From contig JASGJH010000001.1 in the NCBI GenBank assembly GCA_047601445.1, forward strand, positions 1,152,001 through 1,216,000: a stretch of 64,000 nt of DNA, in the 5' to 3' direction. Every line of letters begins with the position of its first letter. The first letter of the stretch is position 1. Both the position numbers and the translations under genes were made by a program. Of the stretch, positions 30,392 to 40,620 are shown piece by piece. The notes below the pieces were generated by a model. The model was given only the letters and a program-made list of their open reading frames with translations. It ran no database searches and had not been told where the DNA came from. The DNA comes from Myxococcales bacterium (GTDB taxonomy: Bacteria; Myxococcota_A; Polyangia; Polyangiales; DASUME01).

Positions 30392-31179
30392 CACATGAGC
30401 CCCAGCGTTGGTTGGAGGACCGCGCGTCACTCGACCCCGATTTCGCGGAGGCGGCCGTCAGCTTCCAGCGCGATGCCCCGAGCCAAGCCCAGCTGGATCG
30501 CATGCTGCAACGCTTCGCTGTGCCGGAGCCCGTACCGCAAGTGAAGCTTGCGCCCGAAAACCTGCCCATGACCGTCAAGTGGCTCGGGGTCACCAGCCTT
30601 GCGCTGCTCACGGGACTTGGAGCTCTCTGGTTTTGGCCGAGTGAGGCTGCCACGCCTGTGCCCGCGCGAGCCGCGCCGGAGCAAGCGAGCCCCACGGCCG
30701 AAGCCCATGCGGCGTCGCTCGAACATGCGGCCGTTCCGCGCGAAGAGGCTCCGCCCGCCAAGGTAGCGCGCAAAACCCGCGTTCTGCCCGCGCGGACGGT
30801 GTCCCAAGAGGCGACCGAAGAGAACGTCCTGCCCGCGGCCGAGCCGCGAAACTCCACGAGCGAGCTCGAGCTCCTACAGCGTGCCCGTCGCGTCCTTGGG
30901 GCCAGCCCTACACGTGCCCTGGAGCTGGCCGAAGAGCACCGCGCCGCGTTTCCCCGCGGCCTATTTGCAGAAGAACGTGAGCTCCTGGCCATCGAAGCTT
31001 TGCTCGCGCTCGGCCGCCGAGGCGAGGGCGCGACGCGGGCCGCAGCGTTCGAAGGCCAGTATCCGCGCTCGATCCATGCCCAGCGCCTGCGGAGGCTGAT
31101 GGCCCCTGAAGAAAAATCTGAGCTTCCCTCCGCGACCGGTCACTCATCGCAGGAGAAGGAGACGACACCCCAACCATGA
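30388..31179 (+). CDS. Putative anti-sigma factor (single TM, Pro/Ala linker, C-terminal TPR-like helices)
   Basis: ATGA overlap with the sigma gene; TM; ELELLQRARR..FPRGLFAEERE. Confidence 0.65.
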   Translation: MTHEPQRWLEDRASLDPDFAEAAVSFQRDAPSQAQLDRMLQRFAVPEPVPQVKLAPENLPMTVKWLGVTSLALLTGLGALWFWPSEAATPVPARAAPEQASPTAEAHAASLEHAAVPREEAPPAKVARKTRVLPARTVSQEATEENVLPAAEPRNSTSELELLQRARRVLGASPTRALELAEEHRAAFPRGLFAEERELLAIEALLALGRRGEGATRAAAFEGQYPRSIHAQRLRRLMAPEEKSELPSATGHSSQEKETTPQP

Positions 31180-31950
31180 ATGACGTGCCTCTGCTTGGTT
31201 CGCTCGGTCGCATGGGCTCGGCCCTCGCATGGACGCTGTTTGGTCTCGCCGCGGGCTGCGGAGACGACGTGCGCGTCGGCAGCAACTACCCGGTCCACGA
31301 TGGTGGCCAAGGGGTGAATGAGTCCGGCCCTGAAAGCTGCGTCGCCACCGAAGACCTCAGCGCCGTGCCCACCCAAGAGATTTACTATGCGACGAGTCCC
31401 GCGCTGTTCGTCGAGACCGCCCGCGGGGTCTTCAGCAACGCGAACGGTGACACGTTCAGCGCGCAGATCGCGTATGCCACGAAGCGCGTCGAGGATAGCT
31501 GCGTCGACGATCCTTCCCTTCCTGCAGCGTCGGACCTGTCGCCCAATCCGCCCAGCGCCATTCCAGATGGCGCCGAGCTCCCTTACGTGACGTTCGACCT
31601 TCAAGCGCAAATCGCGTTCCACACTGCCGACGGCGCTTGGGACGAACACTTCGATACGACCTTGCTGTTGACACCGCACCGTGAGGGCAACAACGGGGCG
31701 CTCGGTCTCTCCGGCAGCACCGAGCTCGCGCTGGCCGATTCTCGCAGGCACGTTCACGCTGCCGGGCGAGGACCCGGGGACGACAGATGGGGCGAACGTG
31801 AATCTCACCCTCAGCTTCATCGACGGCGGTTGGTTCCTCGACCGCATCATTTACGAGCACGCCAGTGTCCCCGCGGGTGAGGAGGGGCTCCCCGGAGTCG
31901 CCTGGTCCGCGGGCTCGGTGTTCATCAAGGAGAGCGGGAGCCAGCCATGA
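31176..31950 (+). pseudogene. Lipoprotein (paralog of 31947-32675) with a +1 frameshift near 31740
   Basis: LAAGC lipobox. Deleting one T in GCCGATTCTC gives ADLAGTFTLP, which aligns with the paralog's ADLHGTFVVP. Confidence 0.65.
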
Positions 31951-32675
31951 CCCTCCATGTTTCCACCGACGTGACTCGCCTCGTGTTGTGCTTCGCGCTC
32001 GCTTGTGCTCCGACGCTCCTGGCCTGTGGCGAGGACGCTCTGGTCGGGGAGGGCGACAAGAGCGGAGAGCCCCACGGGAATGGTGACCCCGGTGATCCAG
32101 AAGCCGACTGTTGGCGGGTCGAAGACTTCGCATCCGTGCCTGCTAGTGACGCCGCTTTCGCACAGAGTCCTGCGGTAAGCATCGAGACCGCGCGCGGCAG
32201 TTGGGGCAACTCCCTTGGAGATTCCTTGCTGGTCGAGATCCCCGGCGCTGGCAAACGTCGCGAATGGATTTGCTACGACGACCAAAACACGCCGGCCCCC
32301 CCGGGCCCCATGCCCTACGTGGAGTTCGAGCTCCCGGCCGTACTCACGCTGCGCACGGCCGACGGCGGCTGGGACGAACGATTCGACACCAAGCTCGCGC
32401 TCCATTCCTACGGACCCGATACGGGCGACAACGTGTTCAGCCTCCGGGGCGGCGGGTCTATTCCGCTGGCTGATTTGCACGGCACCTTCGTCGTCCCCGA
32501 GGATCCGCAACATCCAGCGGCGGACAGCGTGTACATCAGCGCAAGCTTCGAGAGCGGTGGCTGGTTGGTGAGCCGAACGGTCAACCAAGCGCGCAACGAT
32601 GGCGAGTCCTGTGGCTGCCTTGCCGACATCGGCCCCGCGTGGGAAGGCGAACCGCTGGCCTTGGTGCGGAAGTAA
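31947..32675 (+). CDS. Hypothetical lipoprotein (tandem paralog)
   Basis: LLAC lipobox; shares SPA..ETARG, PYV.F.L and TADG.WDE.FDT.L with the upstream gene. Confidence 0.7.
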   Translation: MTLHVSTDVTRLVLCFALACAPTLLACGEDALVGEGDKSGEPHGNGDPGDPEADCWRVEDFASVPASDAAFAQSPAVSIETARGSWGNSLGDSLLVEIPGAGKRREWICYDDQNTPAPPGPMPYVEFELPAVLTLRTADGGWDERFDTKLALHSYGPDTGDNVFSLRGGGSIPLADLHGTFVVPEDPQHPAADSVYISASFESGGWLVSRTVNQARNDGESCGCLADIGPAWEGEPLALVRK

Positions 32676-32934
32676 GGCGCGAACCCGCCGCTGGCTGGCG
32701 CCCCTAGGTCGCTGCGCTAGCCCCTTCGGCATCGCGGCCCGCCGAAGGTGGGCATGAATACGACTGTCGCCCTTTCTCGGAGTCAGCGACGACCATGGAC
32801 ATGGTGTAAGGAAGCACTGCCCTGGTTGACGCAAAAATCCTTCGCGTGAGGCCGACAACGATGGAACCGCGACCGCCGGTGTACGCCAAGCAAGCTTCTT
32901 GCGAAACCGTGGAGTGAAGAGGGACGCTTGGCTC

Positions 32935-33595
32935 ATGGGAGCGCTCTTGGCCGTCACTGGCCTCTCCTGCCTGTGGTGCTTGATCCACTCCAGACGCAGA
33001 CTTCGCTTACAAAAACAGCAAGAAACGGCGGTGTTTGAATCCGCCCAGCTAAAGCTTGCCGTGCATTTCCCCTCGATGACGTGGGCGAACTGGTCCCTCG
33101 GCGGAGGCGGCGTCCTGGTGACGGGGCCCGTCCGACGCAAAGGCCGACGACAGTGGCTGCTGGGCCACCGCGAGAAGCCGGCAAGGACGCCCGTCTGGCA
33201 GGCCATCGATCCGGCGCTCGTGGAGACCATCGAGGCCGCCTATCAACGCTTCGCACATGCGGAGTTCGAGTCCGAGATCGCCAATCAGTTGGGCAGTGCG
33301 TGGCTCGAACAACTGCGCCAGCGCGTCGGCAAACCCGACCAGCGCCCTGCAATCGTCCTCATCAGCCACCTTCGCCTGGCGAAGGCGCAAAAGAACGACC
33401 GAGCACGTCCGCCTAGCTAGAGAGCGAGCGGCAACATTCGCGCCGAACAACCTGAAGGACCTCGAACAAGCCAAGGTGCCCGTGTTGAACATCGTGCGCG
33501 ATGAATGGACGCCAGCATACGTCCAGTTCGCCAAGGACTACGACGAAGCCAAGCTCCGCAAGGCATTCGCGGACGATCCGCCACCCCCGCCGTGA
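32935..33595 (+). pseudogene. Hypothetical membrane-anchored protein, possibly frameshifted near 33400
   Basis: N-terminal TM. The ORF stops at 33420, but another frame continues EHVRLARE..DDPPPPP to 33595. Confidence 0.4.
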
Positions 33596-33671
33596 CAGGC
33601 GGTAGCGCCGCGAGGCGGGGCATCGTTCAGCCTTACCGCCTCGCCATGCGCTTCTGCTTACCCGCTGTCGG

Positions 33672-36600
33672 CTACGGCCTGACGCACACGCTCGGACTTC
33701 CCATGCAGGTCCATCCGCTCTCGATACGACAGGGGGCGAGCAAACTGCTCGACATCACACAACCATCACCGCTCACGTTGTTGGCGTCGTCGCATTGCTC
33801 GGTGCCTTCTACGATGCCGTTGCCACAAGTGTGAATGCACGTGGTCCGGCCACCGCTGGGCGTCGTGCAGGTGTAGCCAAGCTCCAGCTTGCACAGGCTC
33901 GAGCAGCCGTCCGCTGGCGTACGGTTGCCATCGTCGCAGGCCTCTCCAGCGTCGAGCGAGCCGTTGCCACAAAGCGTGGTGCACACGCTCCTCCCGCTCG
34001 CGTTGGTCACACAGGTCCAGGTGGCTTCCACGAAGCACGAGAGGGTGCATCCGTCACCGTTCACCCCGTTCCCGTCGTCGCACATCTGTCCGGGGTCGAC
34101 GATCCCGTCGCCGCAGCGGTAACAATGACTCTTCCCGCTGGCGTCGCTCGTACAAGTCCAGCCACTGTCGATGCGACAGGTCGCATCGCATCCATCGCCG
34201 ACGATCGCATTGCCGTCATCACAGTTCTCGCCGACTTGCACGACGCCATTGCCGCAATTCTTCGTGCAAGTGCTCCGCGCATCGGCGTCGACCGCGCAGC
34301 TCCACCCGGTCTCCACAGCACAAATACCGGAGCACCCGTCGCCGGTCGCCATGTTGCCGTCATCGCATGCCTCGGAGCTCCGCATGACGCCGTCGCCACA
34401 GGTATTCGGACACGCGCCGTGCAGCACCTCGACAGTGGCCTGCCGGCCGTCCGACGAGAAACCGTTCACGCGCACCGCGAGGCGCCGGTATTTGTCGCAG
34501 AACGTATCCCCAACCTGCATCGCGCGGCCGAATCCAGCCGGGCGAACGAAACGGGTGTCGGCATCGCTGTTGACGACCGTGTTGTCGTACAGCCCCACGT
34601 AGACCCCCCTCGCGTCGATCTCCTCGTTCGTGACACCGGGCGGAGGCTGGTTGAAGCCTTCGTCGGTGCGGTACTCAACGAAGTAGAAGGCGTTCTTGTC
34701 GAGCGGAATGCGGAGCTGCTTGGATCCGCGGTAAACAGCTCGGAAAGGGTCCACGTCCCTCCCAGCATGTTCGTGTCGCTCACGATCTCGGCCGGCTGGA
34801 GCCAATTCATGTTCCAGAGGTGATGCGTGCTGAAGAGCGAAATCGTCTGCCTCACACCGCCCATGGGTTCGAAGTAGCCGTACTTCAGTGCTTGGCAGCC
34901 GCCGGCGGACAGGTCCGCGAGCCACGGTCCGGTGTCGCCATTGGGGCAGCTCCAAGACCCCGAGTGCATCAGGTTGCCGATGCCGTGTCCGATCATCTCG
35001 TGAACGAAGGTCGAGCGGTCGATCGTCTCGTAGGCGAGCGCATCGGGGCTCAGCTTGCCTCTCATGACGGCCGAGCCCGCGGTGACACCCGCGTCGGCGC
35101 TGCCCTGGAGGAAGTAGATCAGACGCTCGTAGTTGTCGACGGGAACGCCCGCCGCGCGGACGCGCGCCAAGATGTCGGCAGGCAAGGCACATTGATTTCC
35201 GACGCGGCCGATGGGAGCTGAGGGAGGCGCGCTGCACGTCGCCCAGTTCTCGGGCGTGCACTGGCAGTTCTTGGCGATGGTCTCACCCGCAAGCGTGATC
35301 CAATCGCCATTGGCGTCGCCGTGCACGTCTCCGATAATCCCCGCCTTTCCGCGCGACACGGTGCTCACGTACTGCCCCACCGTGTATCCCTGCCCGAAAA
35401 TCAGATCCCGGACCTCCTGAATGGTGTGCGGGCGGTTTCCGCCGGGGGCGTCCTCGTAGCGCACCAGAATCACGCCGAGATCAGCCTTGCTCGGCTGGTC
35501 CGTGGAGGTCTGCACGTTCGCGTATTCAGGATTCAAACACGGTGCCGGCGAAGTCGCGGTGAGCGAGGCCAGATGACTCATGGGCCCGCCGTTGGACGAG
35601 TAGCCGACCTGGAACGTATAGGTGGTGTTCGGCACTACGTTATACGAAATGGCGAAGGGGTTCTTCGTGATGCCTAGCGGCTGACCGTCGCGGAAGACCT
35701 GGTAATCGGGCGATGCAACGCCGGCGGGCGGATTCCAATCGACCCTCATGACGAGGTCGTTGCACGCCTCGTTGGTGGTCAAGCGCAGGTTCGTGGGCGC
35801 GGCCGCACGTGAGGCATACGGCAGGTAGCTGCAACTGAACGGCCCCTGGTACTCCCAGATGAGCCCGGACGCCGTGAGCCAGTTGCCCGAAACGGCCGGC
35901 GGCTGAAACGGTGCGGTGCCCTTGAGTTTGGTGTGGATCGTGACTCGGTCCGTGTGGAGCCCGGCAAAGCCTACGTCGGTGCCGAGTGGCTGGTTCGGCA
36001 CAACGACTGACTTCACGAGGGCGTTGTTCTTATAAAACTCAACCGTCAGGTTCGGACTGTCGCCGGCCCAAGCTTTCGCCAGGATGCGATACGTCGTCCC
36101 ATCGTTGACGAGCGGCGGCAAGACGTTCAGGCCGTTGTCCTGCGCGAGGAATACGCTGTTTTCCCCAAAGCGAGAGAGGATCTCGCAGAGTTCTTCATGG
36201 TCCTGTTCGGGGCGCCCGGGGGACTCCAATCGTTCGATGGTCCAGCCACCGTCGCCATGCCAACACGCCTCGACGAGCTTACAAGCGCTTCGTGCCGCGA
36301 GCTGCGCGCAGACCTGGCGACGCGGGCCGTTCGCCACTGTGTTGTACTGCGTCGCGCTGCTCGTAACCTGAAACTCGAGGTCGGTCTGCGCGGCCCATTG
36401 CGTCCAGCCCACACCCGTCCCGCCCAGAAATGCCGTCCCCTGCGGGCGCGTCACGTTGATCCAGCCGTCTCCGGGGGCATCGAAGCCGCTCGATACATCG
36501 AGCATACAGAGGGCCGATGGCCACGTAACGACTGGAGCCACGAGCGCCTGTTCGCTCGACGCGACGGTCGACTCGTTTGCGATCGTCGACTCGCTTGTCG

Positions 36601-36724
36601 GGGACTCCTCCTCTACACCGCATCCTGCAGCAAGCGCCAGCACGCAGGTCAGAAGCTGCCAAGACCGTCGGACCTTACCGCCACAATCAACGGAAGTTCG
36701 TCTGAGAGATACCTTTTGAACCAT
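33672..36724 (-). pseudogene. Large lipoprotein metalloprotease (M11/M6-like) with FN3 domain and five Cys-rich DUF4215-type repeats; frameshift near 34730
   Basis: LAAGC lipobox; FN3 (APTNLR..DWNPP..YQVFRDG..PNTTYTFQV); HEMIGHGIGNLMHSG; YFVEYRT; CGDG/CGNG..CDDGN repeats in the second frame. Confidence 0.7.
33680..34400 (-). repeat. Five tandem myxobacterial Cys-rich repeats (about 48 aa each)
   Basis: CGDGVMRSSEACDDGN, CGNGVVQVGENCDDGN, CGDGIVDPGQMCDDGN, CGNGSLDAGEACDDGN, CGNGIVEGTEQCDDAN. Confidence 0.9.
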
Positions 36725-37194
36725 CTTCCACCTCAGCGCCCAACCATGCCCATCGGATGAAGCGTTGCTGCGAAGTTCCTGAAACAGCCCGCTTACGCAT
36801 CGGCGCCAACCACCACTAGAATTCAGGGGTGAACGCGAACGCGTGAAGGCGGTGCATGAAATCTCGCTGCACCGTGCGTCAGGGTGAACGCGTGACGCGG
36901 CCATCGTCCATGGAGGTACAGCTCGCAGGCTGCAGTAAGGTCGACTCGTCTGCCGTTGGAAGGGAGCAACCGGTGGTGCCGAGGATGAACGTCTCCGACG
37001 TGAAGGCGAGCCTCCGCCGCGTCGATCGGCAAGTCCAGGCCCCGCCGGCCCCAGCTGTTGATAATTATTGAAGAACTCGACCACAGCGCCGCCCCGAGCG
37101 CAAAAAGGCTCGGATTCGGTCACACTTGGGGGAGTAGCTGCTAGGAGCTCGGGTAGGGCAAAAGACTGCCCCCGGCGCAGCACCGCCCACTCCG

Positions 37195-37656
37195 ATGACC
37201 CGAGGCCCCCACGTCCCCCCGCGCAATTCCGACATCGGCCGCCCCCCGTGGCTGGCGATCCTGCGGGCATGGGCTCTCCTCGCCATCGCGCTGACCGGTA
37301 CCGCGCGAGCTCAAGGGCCCCTCGATCTCTTTCAGTGCTCGTTCACGGGCGCGGTTCTTACGGAGTGCTGCTGCCCGGCCAAGCAGCCAGCCCCTGTAGC
37401 AACGCTCTCGCAAGCGTGCTGCTGTGAACACCTGCACGTTGAAGCGGCGCCCGCCCCGAGCGCGACGATGTCCCAGGCGGCGCCCGCGCCAACCACGCCG
37501 CCGTGTGTGCTGCCATCGCGGCAGCCGACGGCGACTCTCGCACTCGCTGTGCCCGCGCGTGGCGCGCCTCGAAAACGCGACCTGGCACGACCTACGGCGC
37601 TCCGCTCCCGTGCGGGACCGCCGCTAACCATCGCCCACTGTCGCCTTCTGATTTGA
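37195..37656 (+). CDS. Cys-rich small protein preceding the metal efflux operon (DUF2946-like)
   Basis: Signal/TM, ECCCP and ACCCEH clusters, C-terminal RAGPP..HCRLLI. Confidence 0.6.
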   Translation: MTRGPHVPPRNSDIGRPPWLAILRAWALLAIALTGTARAQGPLDLFQCSFTGAVLTECCCPAKQPAPVATLSQACCCEHLHVEAAPAPSATMSQAAPAPTTPPCVLPSRQPTATLALAVPARGAPRKRDLARPTALRSRAGPPLTIAHCRLLI

Positions 37657-37719
37657 GATCCGACCTTGCTCTGAATCGCTGGGGACCGCGCTTGCGCGCG
37701 GGCGAACCGAAATTCTGAG

Positions 37720-39054
37720 TTGGAGGTCTGTGTGCGAACCCGAGGGGTGTTCGCCGGGCTGTCGTTCTGGCTAGCGTCGACGCTGACGTACGCCCAGACG
37801 ATCGCGCCGGTGTCGATGAATGAGCTGGATGCGAGGCTCGCGCAGGAGGCGCGGCTCGAGTGGATCGAGCGCGTGGCGTTGGCGGGGCAACCGTCCCTGG
37901 CAGAATCCAGAGCGCGGGCGCTGGCAGCGGAGGAACGGGCCACGGGCGCCGCTCGTCTGCCTGATCTCGAGTTCAAGTACGAGCAGTGGGCGGTGCCGCT
38001 CAATCGCCCCTACGCGCTGAACCGGGCCGACACCGTGATGTTCGGCCTCAGGCAGGCCTTCCCCGCACCGGGCACGCGACAGGCGCGAGAACGAATCGCC
38101 AACGAAGAAGCTCACATGTTCTCGGGCCAGACGCGCGTCGCCACCCGGGATCTGATGGTTCGCGTTCGGAGAGCGTTCTTCGAGTACTACGTCGCGGACC
38201 GCGTCCTGCGCCTACACCTCGAGCACGTCGGCGTGGCAGAGCAAATCGTCGCCCAGGTCCGAGCCAACTACGAGGTGGGCCGCGGCGATCAGCAGGACGT
38301 GCTGAAAGTCCTGGTGGAGCTTTCGCGCCTGCACAACGACCTCGCGGAGATTCGTCAACAGCGTGAGTCCAGTCGCCTGCTGCTGAACGCACTGATGGCG
38401 AGAACGCCGCAGGCCCCCCTCGGTCCCCCTTCCGAACCGAGTCTTTCCGGCGCGGCTCCGTCGGTTGCCGAGCTCGAAAAGGAACAGGCTACCGGTAGGC
38501 CCGAACTCGAGCTCGCGCGCCGCGCCATCAGACGTTCTGAAGAGACGTTATCGCTGGCGCGAAGCGCTGCGCGCCGACCGAGCTTCGTGGTGGGGGCGGA
38601 CTACTGGCTCATGCCGACCGAGAACATGCCGCACGCCTACGGCGCCATGGTGATGATGTCGCTGCCTTGGCTCAACGGAGCTCGCCGCGCCGACGTACGA
38701 GAGGCCGAACGACTCTTGGCCGCCGATCGCCACGCGGCCGAAGCGACCCACAATACAACGGCCTTCCAGCTTCACGACGCCGTGGCCCGGCTCGACGCTG
38801 CGAGAACTTCGTTCGAAGCCATCGACCGCTCCGTGCTACCGCAAGCGGAGAAGAGCATGGTGGCGACCCGCTCGGCCTTCGCTGTCGGGCAATCCTCGCT
38901 CCTCTCCCTGCTGGACTCCCTGCGCGCGTACTTCGAGGTGCGGCTCGAGCACAGCCGGGCGTGGTCACGCGTGATGACCGAGCTTGCCAATGTCGATTTC
39001 GCCTCGGGTGGACGCGTGATTCCGACCCCGAGCATCGTGGAGGACAAGCCGTGA
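37720..39054 (+). CDS. cusC: TolC/CusC-type outer membrane factor
   Basis: OEP repeats (RLPDLEF, QAFPAPG, SLPWLN, LLSLLDS); lies upstream of the MFP and RND genes; start uncertain. Confidence 0.85.
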   Translation: MEVCVRTRGVFAGLSFWLASTLTYAQTIAPVSMNELDARLAQEARLEWIERVALAGQPSLAESRARALAAEERATGAARLPDLEFKYEQWAVPLNRPYALNRADTVMFGLRQAFPAPGTRQARERIANEEAHMFSGQTRVATRDLMVRVRRAFFEYYVADRVLRLHLEHVGVAEQIVAQVRANYEVGRGDQQDVLKVLVELSRLHNDLAEIRQQRESSRLLLNALMARTPQAPLGPPSEPSLSGAAPSVAELEKEQATGRPELELARRAIRRSEETLSLARSAARRPSFVVGADYWLMPTENMPHAYGAMVMMSLPWLNGARRADVREAERLLAADRHAAEATHNTTAFQLHDAVARLDAARTSFEAIDRSVLPQAEKSMVATRSAFAVGQSSLLSLLDSLRAYFEVRLEHSRAWSRVMTELANVDFASGGRVIPTPSIVEDKP

Positions 39055-40610
39055 CTGACCGAGATTCCCCGAACGAACCTGGTGTAGGCGCGGAGCTCGA
39101 GCACTTCGAAGAAGGCGTGGAGGCAGCACCTCCGGGCACGCGCGTGATGGCTGTCCTCCGCTGGGCACTGGTGGCCCTGATGGCTGGCGCCGCCGTCCTG
39201 TCGTTCGTCTATGCTTTCGGAGACACCAGTCACGCCGAGGGCGGCGGCCCGGTGCAGTACTACTGCCCGATGCACCCGTCGGTGGTGCAAGACCATCCGG
39301 GCGAGTGTCCGATCTGCAGCATGACGCTGGTTCAGCGCGAAGGCCCCGACGAGCACCAGGCAGAAGCGACGAAGCCAGGTCATGAAGGACACCGGCACGA
39401 GCCAAGCGATCCCTACTTCTGCCCAATGCATCCCGAGGAGACGGGTGACGAGGCGTCGGACCGGTGCCCCTTGTGCAGCATGAAGCTGGAGCAGCGCACG
39501 TCGACGGCGCCGCCGCCGACGGGAACGAGACCGTCGGCCCAAGCCGCCTCCAAGCCTGCGAGCGGCGACGCTCCAGCTCTCGCCGAGCCCCTTTCGCCCC
39601 TCGAGCTCACGCAGGACCGCGTGCAGCTGATCGGGATGAAGACGGCCCAAGTCACACGGGAAGGCCTCTCCGCCGATGTCCGCGCCGTTGGCTACGTGAC
39701 CGCTCCCGAATCCGGTCTGGCCGTGGTGCAGACGCGGTTTTCCGGTTGGATTCAGGAGCTGCACGTGGCGCAGACCGGACAGCTCGTGCAGCGCGGTCAG
39801 CTCCTCGCCCGGGTCTATAGCCCAGAGCTCCTGGCCGCCCAACAAGAGCTGCTGAACGCAAGACGCTGGAGCGCCAGTGCCACCGGCGAAGGGGCCGGCA
39901 CACCGGCGGTGAGTGGCCTCGCCCAGAGTGCCCGCGACCGACTCGAGCTGCTCGGGATGCATCCCGAAGAGATCACCCAAGTCGAGCGTGCAGGTACGCC
40001 CCACAAGTTGGTCGAGCTCCGATCCCCCACGCGCGGCTACGTGGCCCAGAAGAACGCCATCGAGGGGCTCTACATCCAACCCGGTACGCGCCTCTTCGAC
40101 ATCGCCGACCTCTCGAAGGCCTGGGTCATCGTCGAACTCTTCGAGCGAGACGCCGGACGGGTAAGCGTGGGCCAGCGGGTCAGCCTCCACCTCACCGCCT
40201 ATCCCGGAGAGGAGTTCGTGGGGACGGTTCAATTCCTCTATCCCATGATCGATCCGGAAACCCGAACCCAGCGCGCGCGCATCGAGTTTCCGAATCCTCG
40301 CTTCCGGCTACGACCCGGCATGTTCGGCGAGCTGCTCATGCGCATGCCCAGCACAGATTCGCTGGTCGTGCCGCGAGAGGCGGTCATCGACACCGGCGAC
40401 TACCAGTACGTGTTCGTCACCCAGGGAGAGGGCCGGTTTGCGCCGCGCGCTGTGCGCCTGGGCATGCGTTCCGACGAGCGCGTGCAGGTGCTCGCGGGGC
40501 TCTCCGAGGGCGAGTCCGTGGTGACCACCGGTAACTTTCTGCTGGACTCGGAGAGTCGGCTCCGCTCCGCGATCGAAGGGGCTTCACATAAGCCCGCTGG
40601 CACGCACTGA
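39051..40610 (+). CDS. cusB: CusB-type membrane fusion protein with two heavy-metal-binding domains
   Basis: YYCPMHP..CPICSM and YFCPMHP..CPLCSM; YSPELLAAQQE; LRPGMF; FLLDSES. Confidence 0.92.
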   Translation: MTDRDSPNEPGVGAELEHFEEGVEAAPPGTRVMAVLRWALVALMAGAAVLSFVYAFGDTSHAEGGGPVQYYCPMHPSVVQDHPGECPICSMTLVQREGPDEHQAEATKPGHEGHRHEPSDPYFCPMHPEETGDEASDRCPLCSMKLEQRTSTAPPPTGTRPSAQAASKPASGDAPALAEPLSPLELTQDRVQLIGMKTAQVTREGLSADVRAVGYVTAPESGLAVVQTRFSGWIQELHVAQTGQLVQRGQLLARVYSPELLAAQQELLNARRWSASATGEGAGTPAVSGLAQSARDRLELLGMHPEEITQVERAGTPHKLVELRSPTRGYVAQKNAIEGLYIQPGTRLFDIADLSKAWVIVELFERDAGRVSVGQRVSLHLTAYPGEEFVGTVQFLYPMIDPETRTQRARIEFPNPRFRLRPGMFGELLMRMPSTDSLVVPREAVIDTGDYQYVFVTQGEGRFAPRAVRLGMRSDERVQVLAGLSEGESVVTTGNFLLDSESRLRSAIEGASHKPAGTH

Positions 40611-40620
40611 GGGAGGCGTC

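Noticed and set aside
33680..34400. Periodic DNA repeats as a CRISPR array
   Set aside because: They are degenerate coding repeats of about 145 bp. No identical repeat-spacer array or cas genes are seen in the window.
36127..36414. Possible compensating frameshift pair in the protease N-terminal region
   Set aside because: The alternative frame (VGMATVAGPSNDWSPPGAP) looks protein-like, but the main frame is open and this cannot be decided without homologs.
38667..39050. N-terminal extension of the 647-aa CusB ORF
   Set aside because: It overlaps cusC; GTG at 39051 with a GGAGG RBS is the better start.
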